A stretch of DNA of 64,000 nucleotides. Source: Lingula anatina (taxonomy: Eukaryota; Animalia; Brachiopoda). The stretch is taken from assembly GCA_051362555.1 (NCBI GenBank), contig CM120644.1, forward strand, positions 7,696,954 to 7,760,953, written 5' to 3'. This document shows, piece by piece, positions 25,297 to 38,702 of this stretch (the first letter of the stretch is position 1; each line of letters starts with the position of its first letter). A program made the position numbers and the translations under genes. The notes below the pieces were generated by a model, which ran no database searches, had not been told where the DNA came from, and saw only the letters and a list, made by a program, of their open reading frames with translations.

Positions 25297-26470
25297 AAAA
25301 GTGTGTGCATCTATCAAACCGGCATAAAACGTTCACAATGTTAGTTTTGATGGTGATGCGTCTGTCTCCTTGTAAATTTGGATGAAATGCTGTACGTGGG
25401 CCAGATTTTTCGGGATAATACCGGTTCTGACCGGTTTTGGCTGGTTTTTGACTATAGTTTACCATGGTAACAAATGGCCTGTTTCCAAGGCGCACTCGCG
25501 TCATGCATGACGTCTGATACACATGCGTAGACATATGGCATGGAAGCCGCATTTGAACCTCACTATATGTAGCTTTTAAATCGACGAATACAAGCCGAAC
25601 AGTTCAACTACTAGCATTTAGATTCATCTGCGAAGAAACTAAAAAACATACGAAATAATGTCCTTTTTTTTACCTTTTTTACTTTTCTCCAGTTTTCTTG
25701 TAGCACTCGCGAGCTGTTGCTATGGCAAACGTAAACATCCGCGGCATACTTTTTATTTTCAGTAAGTACGCCTCACCCGCTGTTCTATTAAAGCAAACTC
25801 ACATGAATAATTTATAAGAAAGCACACTAAGATGACTGGATCTAGTTTTTTAAAACTATTTTTATTCCACACTTTTAACCCGTGTTTTTACATGTGGGGG
25901 TGATAGCAAAAGCGGGTGCATCCGTCTAACCGCATTTATTTATTTAGACGTCCAACCAGTAATGATTTTGATAATGTTGTGTCTGATGCGTTACTAATTT
26001 AAAAATAAAATGTTGTTCATGCGCTAAGTCGTCCAGGACATTCTGAACAGAATTTACCGCGCATACATTAACGAATAATATGTTTCCAAAGAGCACAACA
26101 GTCATGCATGTCGCCGAGAGCGCATGCGTAGACTCAGAGCTTGGAAGTCGCACGTGGGCCTCATAAAACTTAGCCGCTAAATCGTCGGATAAAAGTCAAA
26201 TAAATCAACATTTTGGTGGCATATTTAATGTGACCTAAATAATGCCCTCATTTTCCCTTTTTCATCATTCTCCCGATATAACCCTTATCACTCGCCAGTT
26301 GTTGCCATGGTAATTAAACGTAAACATCTCCGCCATACTTTTCATTTACAGTCATTTCAACCCACCCACTGTTTAACTACTGCATACTAACATGAATTAA
26401 AATTTTATGAGAATACCTGAGATGACTGCAACTATTAAAATAGACGTGGCTCTATTTCACATCTTAACTC
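25297..26470. repeat. Two diverged ~600-bp tandem units, probably internal to a transposon-derived region
   Basis: Shared blocks CATGCATG..CATGCGTAGAC..TGGAAG.CGCA (25502/26103) and CACTCGC..TGTTGC.ATGG..AAACGTAAACATC..CATACTTTT (25704/26289). Confidence 0.7.
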
Positions 26471-29415
26471 ATGCCTTGGACTTTCTTGTCTTTCACACTA
26501 TAGCAGTGGATGGGCAAAAATTGTGCTAAAATCACCCTTCCAATTCTATTTCTCTCTGATTAAAGGCAAAGCAATATGTAAGTCATGATAGTATATTGCA
26601 GTCATTCTTTGCTAGTGGTGCACTGCAGGGGGGCCATAACAAGAATGTTATTTAAATTTAGATAGCCAACCAAATTCTCATGACATCGTTGTGTATGTTT
26701 CAATAACAAATCAAAGAAGCTGCATGAGCAAGGAGGATGCTGTTATAAAAGCAAAATAAGAGAAAAAGCAGAAAATATATCAAAATTACCCTCAAAATGG
26801 CGTCCTTTTTTGTGGAATTTCGACCCTACCTCTATTTAGGAACAGTTTGTTTAGGGTTTGAATGAATTATTGAAGCAGGGAATACACCTACTGCAAGAAG
26901 ATATAATAAACAGAATGTGCAAATGGTTATTTAAATAAAAATTTATTTGAAGTGACTGAAAAATGATCACAAAATTAGCTTAACTTACGATACATGCGGT
27001 GTCCCACCCCGATGAAAATTTCATCTAATCCTATCTTTCCGTATTAAAACTGTTCAATCGTCCAAAGTAGTATGTCGGTTAGTTTGTGTCACGAAATCCA
27101 TGATAATATCAGTTTTCTTAAGAATTTCACATTTATTGCTCAGCAAGGTCGATTTTTCTTCACCGCGTCCCAATATAACGTTCGCAACGCTGAAACTTCA
27201 GAGATCGATTCTTATCAGACGACTTTAAAATGCCGCGTGAAAATTATACATCGATAGCGATCTTCTTCCATACTCACTAACTGATGACGTCTTACACACG
27301 AATGGCTTCTTTTGCACACTAAAAAACCAGCTCAAACTGGCGGGTGGCCCATTCTGATAACATGTCACGCAATGACGCTGTCGAGATAGGATGCAGGGCA
27401 CAGGTGTAATTCCCTCGATTTAACCGTCACAGGATTGTTTATTGGGATCTTCTTTGTATGAAGGTGAGAAATAATGAGTTTCGTTTCATTTTTCTTCAAT
27501 TGTTTCAACATATTTGTGTACCGATTGATTTTTACCATTCTATAAGTAGGGTGACTTCGTCTGAACTTTCGTTTTGCGTCTGTGTCACATGGGGGACTAA
27601 AGGTCACATTGAACATGGTGACGCGGTGATACCGTATTCATGTTCTCTTGTTCTCGAAAACTCAATCATCGAAATTGAATTACTTTTTTTTAGTTTTGTC
27701 TTAAATTAAGCTGCTACACTGTATTCCGTGCGTTTAAAATTTAACCGTCTGTAAAAACAGCAATAATGGATTACTAGCAACACTTACGTTACGCAATGAA
27801 GCACCGAAAATGGGTGAAGGAAATGTGTCTCAGTAATATGCGTGTTTGCCACTCATAATGCACTGTACTTTGTTTGAATAAGCAATAAACTATTTGTGAC
27901 CTTAGGTTATCCATTGTTCGTTATCAGAGTTAACAGATTCTTTGTGTGATTTTTTTCAGAATCCCAAGAGTGGATGCCTTAGTGAGCACAGAACAGATAT
28001 CACCATTGGTCCACATATGTCAGGAAGAATGTTATAATTATGAACTTTGTGTTACACTGAACTTCATTTTGTTAAATTTTGTATTTAACTGAACGTTATT
28101 GTGTTAAAATAATAATAAAAAAATAATAATTCAGATAAAAAACTACAATCTGGAACATTCTTTAGATCAACTTTGTTCAGTGTGTGTCCCATGTGAAAGA
28201 GTTACAGTAAATAAAATATGTGCATTATTCCTCTGTGTTTGTCAATTCCATTTTAAAAGCATGTGAAAGTGGTGTGCCCCTCATGATTGAAGTGTGTATG
28301 GATAATAGCAAAAATATTGTTATTATTTACATGATTATAAAAAGTTTTGTACCCGCGTCAATAACGTAACCGTGAACCCCATATTCACCATTTTTATTAA
28401 TTATGAAATGTGGATTAAATTCTTCAAACCCAGTTTTGAAGCATTGAGACAACACCCCCTTATGATTTAAACTAAAACTGAAAACATTCCATTAGACTTT
28501 CATTAGTTTGTGCAAAATATATTGCCCAGGGTAACGCGTCTTGGATTTGGTGGGTATAGCTGTTCAACTCTCCTGTGTGCCCTAAAAAGGGCAGCTGCTG
28601 TTTCCCTTTTTATGAAATGATAAACTGTGATGGTGTAGCTATCACATCGCAAAATTACAGCTTCCCAGAGAAAGTTTGAAATTTTCGGTCAAATTCAACA
28701 TTTTGTAACCACTAGCAAAGAATGACAGATTGGTATTTTCGTACGGTTCTGCCTAGAACGCATGATGAGAATGCTAAATATAAGAACTTGTGCATGTAAC
28801 GTACGACAGTGAAATGCGCATATCAATTTTAATATAGCGAGGTTGAAATTAATTTAAGGTTGCAAACAGTATTTGTTTCACCTTTGTTTACACAAACGAT
28901 ATATCAATAAGTAAGTGCATGTGGAATGCTAAATTAAGACTTGGTGGTTGGATTGGGAACTGATTTTCTCCCACCAACCAAAGAATCATTCATCTACAAT
29001 GTACATTCAAACTTCCACATAAAACGTTAAACAAAAACCACTATCTTTGTCTTCGAAACTTTCAATGTTGTATTAGTGTACAGATATACAGGTTAAAATG
29101 TAGGAGAGAAGCAGTCTAATTGGTAATTATATTAACGAATCTGACGTTTTGTTTCACTTTTAAAAATAAAGTAGGGGGAGATATCTTAAAATATCTATAA
29201 CAACTGTGGCTTTTAAATAGAGCCGTTTGGTCAATTAGCTACATGTACAAGTTTGTACTGTATATATACATGAACCGTTCTTTAACTCCCACACACCTCC
29301 GACCTAATTTGTGAAAGCGTCCCATCCTCTTCACATACCACAACTTGTAAGTAAAATAGAAATTCATCTGATGTCTTAGTGTTTATCGTTTGTCACATAT
29401 GCACACACAAACACT

Positions 29416-29458
<43 letters not shown>

Positions 29459-29556
29459 ATTGAGGGAGGGAGAGAGAGAGAGAGAGGGGCTTAATTCCTT
29501 CTTTTATTAACTGTAAACTGTCGATTTCACCCCGTCATACAGGTACATGTACAGCA

Positions 29557-29597
<41 letters not shown>

Positions 29598-31777
29598 TGA
29601 CACACACACACACACACACACACACTGACACACACACACTTCCAAGGGTCGGAACCATGGAGGTCCGTGGAGGCGCTCCCTCCACACACCAAGCTACATG
29701 TACATATGTATTCCATTTCTGTAGGTTTTGTGCTAATGTTTGTATCATGGAAAAGTCAGCTCTTAACATCTACAATGTATATAACGCACACACGCACACA
29801 CATGCCCACGCACATGCACGAGCGACACACACGTTATAAAACTCTAACCAATTAAACAAAACACCACAAAGAGGGCGCCACCGTATACTGCAGATCAGGA
29901 CCTCTTGCGGTTCACGGTTTTTAAAGCAATGTTTTACTTGCATTGAGGTTTACATTTAAGATTTACAGACCAAATTTTATTTTCATAAAGTAAACAGGAT
30001 GACATGTATCAGACGGTGTTTTATATGACGACGATTTGAGGAAATTTCGTGTTATATTTTCATTTTCATGATTTCAAGCTAATGCCTTATACACTGTGTA
30101 GTATCAGTGGTGGGAATTTTCGATCTGTGGCATTTACTGTACGTGTTCCAGTACAGCTCAGCATGACTAATCACAGACGTAAGGCGACTGTCCACAATAG
30201 ACGGGCAGCCTTAACCGAAGAAAACTCATTTAAAATAGCCTACCGGATACGGTAAACTCACCCTGGAGGGAAATGCCTCGGTTGTCCCGCCCCAGTGTAA
30301 TAATACTTGTAAGTGTGATAATAATAAGTAGCATTTTAATCATTGTACGCTGTTTACGAGTAAAAAAGTTCACTGCGACGGCGACACTAACGGTGACGAC
30401 ACTGGGACAGACACAGGTGTGCTTTATGTATGTGTGCACGCACGCAGTGCGTCTGCTTTCCGCCAGAGGAGGCCCTTCTAACCGTTAAAACTCCGGTTAA
30501 AGAACCTTTTACCGATTTTGTAGCAGCTGAAGCAGCCAAAAAGTCCACTGGTACAGATACGTGTCTGCCCGTAGAAAGGGGCATATATCTTCACTTCCAC
30601 CTACAGCTGGTAATCTCGACATTGTTATCAAAACGCATATCGTCACCTCTAACGCACTGAAGTCTTACCTAGGATGCTCTACATTAATGGTTTGTTAGAG
30701 ATTACTGTACATGGAAGGATGGCGCCCGCACTTTCTCTTCCTCTTTGATTGCTGTACTAGTTACCTACACAAATCTACAAAAAAGTCTTAACATGTCCAA
30801 CAATATATATGTAGCCACTTGAATATCTATCACAATCAGAACATAAACGCACGCGTATGCGGCCTACTGTATCTACAAGAAGAGTTAACAAGGTAGTGAA
30901 GCATCGTAACCATTGCTTATAAATGTAATGCGGTAAAATATCGCAGTCACATCACAGACGCTGTCAAAGTACCGTGTACGCAACAGGATGAGTTGAATTC
31001 TCATGTCCCGAGTACACGTTATTTCAACACCTTACCCCGAGAAGGTCACTTGACACACTTGACAGACACCGAAATATTGGAAAACAGTTACTTTAATCTT
31101 GGCAAAGTGACATAACAGAACGTACCGGTACAGCTAAATCTTGATCCCTTTTCTGTCCCTACCTGTACCGTGTAATTTTCCGCAGTAGATTACGCTATAC
31201 CGCCATGTTAGGTCGCCCAGTAGTTCGTAGTCTCAGCGTCCATATCAGAGTATATTCTATTTACAGTGCAGTGCTGTATCTAAGCCCCGCCTGGGAACTT
31301 ACAGTGTGCGAGTCAAGATAACGGACACGGTTATCAATGTGGGACTTAGATGCCCTGACAAGCTGGTACACTTTTGGTGACAGCGGGGGCGGAGGGGGAT
31401 TTTAAAATTCCTCATGCGAAGGCTAGATCCGTTTTCTTTTTAAAAATCTGCAAGCAAAGCCCCGATCCATTTGTTTTATTTATTTACTTATTTAATTTTG
31501 TGGAGAGCATATAATACTTCCAGCGCCTTGCCTCCACTTCATTCTTTTGAATAAAAGTTGTTAAAAAAAAAAAGCCCCGATTACACAACTGTGCAAGTCA
31601 TCGTTAGATAATTTTAATGTAACGGGAATGCAGCTTTTATTGAGGGAAAACTGTCCGTGGATGGGAGATCAGAACAGTGTGACGCATCACGATTTACGTG
31701 ACGGCAATGTCATGCGGAACACATCTGGCAACGAGTACACGCACAGTAATACATAGACTCAATTAAACAATTTACAA

Positions 31778-31816
<39 letters not shown>

Positions 31817-32100
31817 TAGGTGCTCGCACACACACATACAGTGTGAACATTTATTTAAAATAAAACCCCTTTAAGAGGGCGCCACCGTATAGGCCTACTG
31901 CAGACAAGGCTGCGTACATTGGTTCACAGTTTTTAAGCAATATGTTTAATGTGCGTTGAAGTTTACATTTAAGATTTACAGATTACATATTTAAAGTTTT
32001 ATATTCAAAAAGTAAACAAGACTGTCTTATGTCAATAGGCAGTCTAAAAAAAAAAAATCGACGAGAACTTGACGGACTTTTATTCCCTGGATTATCGCCA

Positions 32101-32221
32101 TAATCAGATACTTGCTAACTGTCTTATGCTGAGACGATTTCTAATCAGATACTTGCTAACTGTCTTATGCTGAGACGATTTCTAATCAGATACATGCTAA
32201 CTGTCTTATGCTGAGACAATT
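32101..32221. repeat. 41-bp minisatellite x3
   Basis: TAATCAGATACTTGCTAACTGTCTTATGCTGAGACGATTTC repeated three times, near identical. Confidence 0.9.
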
Positions 32222-33479
32222 TATGCTCCGTGTCTTCCGGTACTCACTTCTGCTTATCTGTGACTTATCTGTGACAATGTGCTTGGGGGGAAAGGTGGAA
32301 AATGAATGAGAACACCAAGCACAGTTATGAAAGAGTCTCTCGTCGTCATCATGCCCAGAGGGAATAGGTAGCCTTATAGTAGAATAGTGTACGTGCACTT
32401 TGTATTACAGCCAAAATACTGTAGGTACGTGGGCTATTAACAAGGATGAAAAACAGCAAATTTTTGACCTTGTTCAAATTTCAAGTTTTATTCCAAAACA
32501 TTTGTAAAAAGTATAAATTAATCTAGAAATAAACATAAAGAGACTTTAAAAAATAAAATAATAATAATAGTGATACTAAAACGAGGATGTACAATAAGAA
32601 TGTCTGTATGTTATGCTCGTCCAATATGTGGTAGCGCAAACATGGTAATCGGTTGCACACTAAAAAAAAATGTCATCAAAACTATTCAACTCCCTATAAG
32701 GTACCCCACCTATCTACATGTAGTTTGTGCTTGGAACTCCAAATAATTATTTTGGTGTACCTTCTGAAAATAATTTTAGACAAAGGTTCATTCCGTCTGG
32801 CAATTACCTGGGTATCAGTAGAGTACACATGTAAGACCTATTTCGGCAACGTACATTTACCATACAACATTCCTGGACATTATTGGACTCTAATAACAAA
32901 CCTAAGCATCAATTGGACAAATAGGGTGAGAGGACAAAGTGGAAGCTGTTGCACAAGACTCATTTATAAACCCCTACCATAAATACGATATTACAGATTA
33001 CAATAAACAGAACACGTTCATCGTCATCAACAGTGTTATTTACATTTTTATCAATTACCAACATTAGGACAACCAGTGAATAGGTCCAAAAAGGAGGCAT
33101 TTAACGCATGTACCCCAAAGTACAGTATTTCAGTTCAGATTTAATCTAATTCAATATCATTTAGCACTAATGGAGGCATTGCCGTGTCTTTGTTCATAGA
33201 CAATATGGTGAGTAATGTGTCTTATTACTTATGAAAAAATGTACGGATCGTTTGCTAATGAAAAACGTTGGTCACTATGGTTGAGATGGCTCCCCCAAAA
33301 TAATGTCAATAGCACTGAAAAATGTGGCCTTCATCCTCCGTGTTGACAATTATTGCGGTTTAGATTCAACTTGTTGACAAGTACATTTAGCATAAAATTA
33401 TCATAATATTGAAAGAAAATGAAAGTGTAAATTTTATATGGCCTTGACGTAAATAGTTATGCCCCCCCCCCAACCGCAA

Positions 33480-33522
<43 letters not shown>

Positions 33523-33995
33523 ACTCGGGCACGCGTCAAGGAAAAGAAATAAAGCGATCCAGCAGATTTTGTCCTTTGATTTGGAAAAAAAGTAAAAAAT
33601 CTTATCATATGCCAAAGCTTACCTACTGGTACTCTGTCGCCATGCCCAGCTTCATTATTATTAGATGAAACCAATGTAACGGTAGACTGAGATTTATGAC
33701 AAACCCCATTACAAATCCATTGCGGTTTGATGCGGTTTTCCTCGTTAGGATTGGTCGAAAGATTTATCTCTCAGTACAAAATGGTCTGCTTTGTCTTTAA
33801 AGAGGCTTAAGATCCTTTTTGTGTCGATATTTATATATTAACGATATAGATGTATCGGTTTAATATCAGTGTAATTATGCCCTACAGGGGACTTTACTTA
33901 CTGTCACAAGATTGTAACAGGAAAGGTAGGAACAGTAGTCACCTGTTTCTCGCTACCATCATATTGTACAAGCGTCATTGGCCTTTTTACCCCGG

Positions 33996-34237
33996 TGTAA
34001 CGTGACAGAGAGCCCCCCTCCCATGATAGAGAGTCCGCTTCCCATTCATTTGTACAGGTAAGCCTCGCCTTAGATTTTGACCCACTTGGGTCAGGCTGAC
34101 CCTAACCATTATAAATAAATGGAGGGCGAACTTTCTGACACACGGACCCTCAGTTTCGTAAGACCGGCTACCCCTAACATGTAATAATTGCCATGGGACC
34201 CTCGACTTTTATTCTTGGGAACGACATCCCTGTCACA
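33996..34237. mobile_element. Possible solo LTR
   Basis: Starts TGTAAC, ends GTCACA, flanks CCGG/CCGA, internal TATAAATAAA; more GC-rich than its surroundings. Confidence 0.3.
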
Positions 34238-36248
34238 CCGATAAAACTGCATCAATAAGATACAACGTTTGATGTGAAAAGACCGTTAGGCCATTCACCG
34301 GTATGGTTACATTACAATTACCGAAGTTTAATGATGATTTAGCGTACTTAAATCTGACTTGTATGAAAAATGATGTACTAGTTCACTGGCATTTTAGGAG
34401 GACAGCTTTAAAAAGATCTATTAATATATCGATTAGCTAATGGAAAAAACACGGGGAAAAACTGCGGATTTAGCTGTTACGGTAAATGTTATTAGCATGG
34501 TAATATAGATGTTAGAAAAATTATAATGATCTGATCTATAACTTATGTATGGAGTGAGAGAAGATTCCGCTTCAAGTAAAGTCTTTTGGAGTCCAAGACA
34601 ATATTTTCAAAACGGATGATAAATAATAAAAAATCTCAATTCCAGGAAAAACAAACAAACAGACAAACAAACAAACTAAACATGAGGTAGGCCGTAGCTT
34701 TAGCTTATCTCAAGCCTTACTCCACTATGTATTAGTGTCACTGTTTTTTTAGCTTTGTGAATGACTTACAGTTACATGTATAGTGTTTTAATAGGAAGCT
34801 TACGCTCGGTAAATCATGACAAAAGACAGCGCAGATAACGAAGAGGATATTATAACCAAGCTGGGGTACCCTCTTTCACATACCCTCTACAGGGCGACAT
34901 ATTGATTTTTCACAAGATATTCACAGATATGTCTTAAGATAAAAAGAGAGTCATTCGATTCTCTTACTTACCTTTCACTAACCCTTCTGTCTGGGAAAAA
35001 CAATGTTAAGAACAATGTTGATTTCACGGACTTTTTAACGAAGATGATCACCCCAGTTTAACTTGATCTCCGATGTAACTATTATCTGGGCTATATTCTG
35101 ATAAGTTCCAAGTGGAATAAATGTCACAGTTCGGTGTTTTGCTGCCGATCGCTGTCCTTGATAGTTGCAACCGGGAAGATGACTTCATAAAACAAAGAAC
35201 AACAATCATCAAGAGAACGTAAACCCTCTCACAAAGCCCTCTGGTACGTATACCTGTGATTCCTTTACCGAAGACGACGTCCACTGTGTCACTAAAATAC
35301 TTCACAAAGGGTATTTACTAAGTGGAATATCCCCGGGCACATGCTCTCGCCGCTTGTTCGGTCTCCCTTGCCGCAGGCTTATTTATGACGGTACATGGCA
35401 TTCTTGACGGCATGTGACTTGTTGTCATCACGAGTGGGGTCGGGACGTCCTCTTTATCTTTATAGTCGTTACGATCAAATGAAAGGTGGACAGTTGATGA
35501 TAATAATAATAATAGTTAATGGCCTTGGTTATGCCATTACAACGTGTGCTATTGCTACTGCCTAGTGCTCATCACTTGGAACAAGTTTATTGAGGGATTC
35601 AAGGCCTCCGGCCCATATTACCTACGCATGTGTATTACATACATACATGTACATGTGTATTACTAATACAGGTGTATATGAAACAATTAGCGAGTAAAGT
35701 TTTACTATTATAAAATTGCGGGCACTGAATGACATCCTATTATACGGCAAAGGGAACTTTACTCACTTTCACAAGTTCAACAAAAATAGTTGTCCGCCAA
35801 GAACCGTAGTCCCTTCCCCCGTTACTTCGTACAGGTGACGTTTGTCCTTAATAATCACTCCAATATTTCTGGCTAAAAACTGACCTGTAATAATCGTAAT
35901 TACCTTGTAGGGCTAGAATTTCACATTGGCCATGGAAAAATATATTCATATTTAAAAATTCAGTTTTTATTACAAAGGTGAATTGAAGTGTGAAACTACA
36001 ATTTTCTCTTCGTTACACTGCATCAAAAAAATGCAATAAAATTCATAAGCCAAAGACGTCCTGGATCCAAAGAAATGAATCACAAAAGATCATATGAGAT
36101 AATTAACAACCATGTTTCTGATCAACGTTTTATTAAAGATAATAATGTGTATTTGAAATAAGTGTCATTTTACCAAACACAGTTGTTATAAGCTGTTGTT
36201 TTTCCCATAGCCAACGGAAAGGATGATTCTTTGATTTTTCTCTTAATA

Positions 36249-37911
36249 CAGACTTGACATTTAATATGGAATATTTCAGTTTCGAGGGTATGCCTAGGTA
36301 GAAATGCGTTCTTTTTTCAAAAAACTCCAATCTCATATAAGATATGTGAATGGAGAAGGGTGAAGTCATGTGTGTCGCTTCCAATTAACTGAATATCAGG
36401 TTTGTTTCGCTTCTCTTTTATGTAATATGCAGTAATTTAATTGGGTAGTGCTCCTTTGGGCAGGTCAAAGCTTGGCTTTGGCTAAGCATGGTTCCGTCCA
36501 AAAAGTATCCATATGTCGGCAACTTCTGCATAGAAGAATTTGAAATTTTGCATGCAGGTTGTCGGTTAAGCAGTGTGTAAAATGAGCTATCAAGTGCTTT
36601 ACAAATTTGTTAATCTGTGGCAAAATGGCGCGAAAAAGACAGACATTGCCAGACAGATAATCGTGCCAAACGAAACGGTCCGCACAGTTTTATAGAGTAA
36701 TGCCCAGACTGATGTACCTACATAGAGGCCACACCCAATGTATTGAAATCTTACCACCAGGGTACAGGACCCACTGTCTTTCAGGATATGTTTTTGCAAC
36801 TAAACAAAAAACACCCAGTCCGTTCAGAATGAGGGGAAAATTGCCACCAAAACGCATATTTCAAGGCCCTTAGCGAACACCAAACTGGTTTTAGCAGGTT
36901 AGAATACCAAACGACCTCCGAGGAACCCACTGTAAACAGCAAAACATCGTTGTAAGTTTCTCTAATGAATTGGGGACCTTGACCTTTTCTGGGTTGAACA
37001 CTGAAACCTCGTGGCTTTCTTTATTGAGGTCAGATTTCACCTGTACCGCTCAACTAGTCAAAAAAGAGTTTACAGACATCCAGAAGAGGCCAACGACGAA
37101 GTGTGTGCCGCGTCTAAAGTGACTAAGGTCATTACCAGCGTCAGTATTTGGAGTGGATACCACATTGGTGCCAAAACACCAACGGCAGTCATCGACGAAA
37201 ACCTGAACCAGATCAAATAAAGGAATAATCTGGGAACCACTTGACTATCATTTGATAGGGGGCACCTTAGGAACAATTTTAGGTTGCACGGTGAGATTGC
37301 CGATTCACACAGAGCACTTTTAATAGCAGATAACTTACAGAACCAAGGGAATGAGCAGCTACCTTGGTCATCAAAACCGCCATATTTGAACCACATGGAT
37401 AGCATGTGAGTAGGCCATTACTCGCAGAATCAATGGCCTACATGCCGTACAACAAAACTGGACCAAATAGGACAGGTTTTGACTGATGCCTGGAATGTTA
37501 TTCCAGATTGAACTCTAAAAACCTATCCCAAGGAATATGCCTTGCCACTTAAAAGCGCTGGTAGCAGCCAGAAGAAGTCAGGCGTTACAGCGACCGTTAC
37601 TGTGACTAGACACTGACATGAGGGTCCTTTGGGGAGCGTGTAACTCTTTTACAGACAATAATTTGGAAAATATGGAGATCCAAAATATCTCTTTTAATGG
37701 TTGTCATATGACGTAGAATAGGCAATGTGTTTTTGTTTGCTTCTCTGGCCAATTCCATTAATGAACTGATGTCACAATGACATCAAAGAGATAATTAAAA
37801 GTTATTAGAAGACGATTTCAATCTTTATTTTCATTCATCAGTCAGCAAAATAGGAACAAACTGATGAAAAATGATTTGGAAAAAAATATTCCATATTAAA
37901 TGTCAAGTCTG
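36249..37911 (+). mobile_element. Tc1/mariner-family DNA transposon, defective (1663 bp)
   Basis: Perfect 28-bp TIR CAGACTTGACATTTAATATGGAATATTT (36249-36276; reverse complement at 37884-37911) flanked by TA on both sides. Internal decayed transposase fragments ~36850-37590: 'EVRFHL' (cf. DESRF), 'SVSIW', 'LPWSSKPPYLNHMDSM' (cf. LPWPxxSPDLNPIE), with stops and frameshifts. Confidence 0.85.
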
Positions 37912-38702
37912 TAGATATGTAGGTTTGTATTTTTTATAGATATTGTTGTGTGTTTTATAAGATATTTAAGAAATAAAAGTCACGTCTCGTACTCACTATC
38001 TACATGCATTGCATCTCGCAAATTATTACACCTGCTTTCAAAAGGAATGCATTAACTGTTAAAACATTGAAAGCGACAACTTGTCAATTAATTGTCAATT
38101 CATCAGTGAAAGTTATATGTCACAGGTGACAACTGAAAATGAACTCATGCTTTCTACTCCGATATTGTTATAAACGCAGCTTGTGGCTAGAGAATCCTAT
38201 ACACCCGAAGACGACTTCATTTTCGTCCACATTCAACAGGCACCAACAGTGACCCAGGCGATGCAAATGTAGGTTGTTGCCGAGATACAATTAGCCCCAC
38301 AGAAGTCATCTCACGGTCTATCAATTTTAACACAATGCACTGTCACTCTTTATCTCTCCTTGCCTGAAATGTGGTTGGAATTAAACCTACGACGGAGAAG
38401 TATTTGGCATTCTGTGAATATGAATATCATATATTTTCTTACATTTATCTATTGTCTATATAGTAGGTAAGTATTTATTACCAGACCAGCATTCCTTCAA
38501 TAAACTGTCTTGTTATTCCTGGATATAATCAACTGATCTTCTTGAGGAGGCAATAAAATTAAAACAAAGCTGATTGATTCTACACTGTATTGAAATTTCG
38601 AACTTTTTTTAGCGAAAATACATTTGAGAAATAGTTCTAGAATAAACAATTCTTATTAGTGTTTCCTCGTTAGTGGAACGGGAAAACACTGCAGTCAGAA
38701 CG

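Noticed and set aside
32101-32221. Regular direct repeats resembling a CRISPR array (also 52049-52165)
   Set aside because: Head-to-tail repeats without unique spacers in a eukaryotic context: minisatellites.
35048-35480. Minus-strand ORF fragments suspected to be a fucosyltransferase paralogue remnant
   Set aside because: No GT11 motif could be found.
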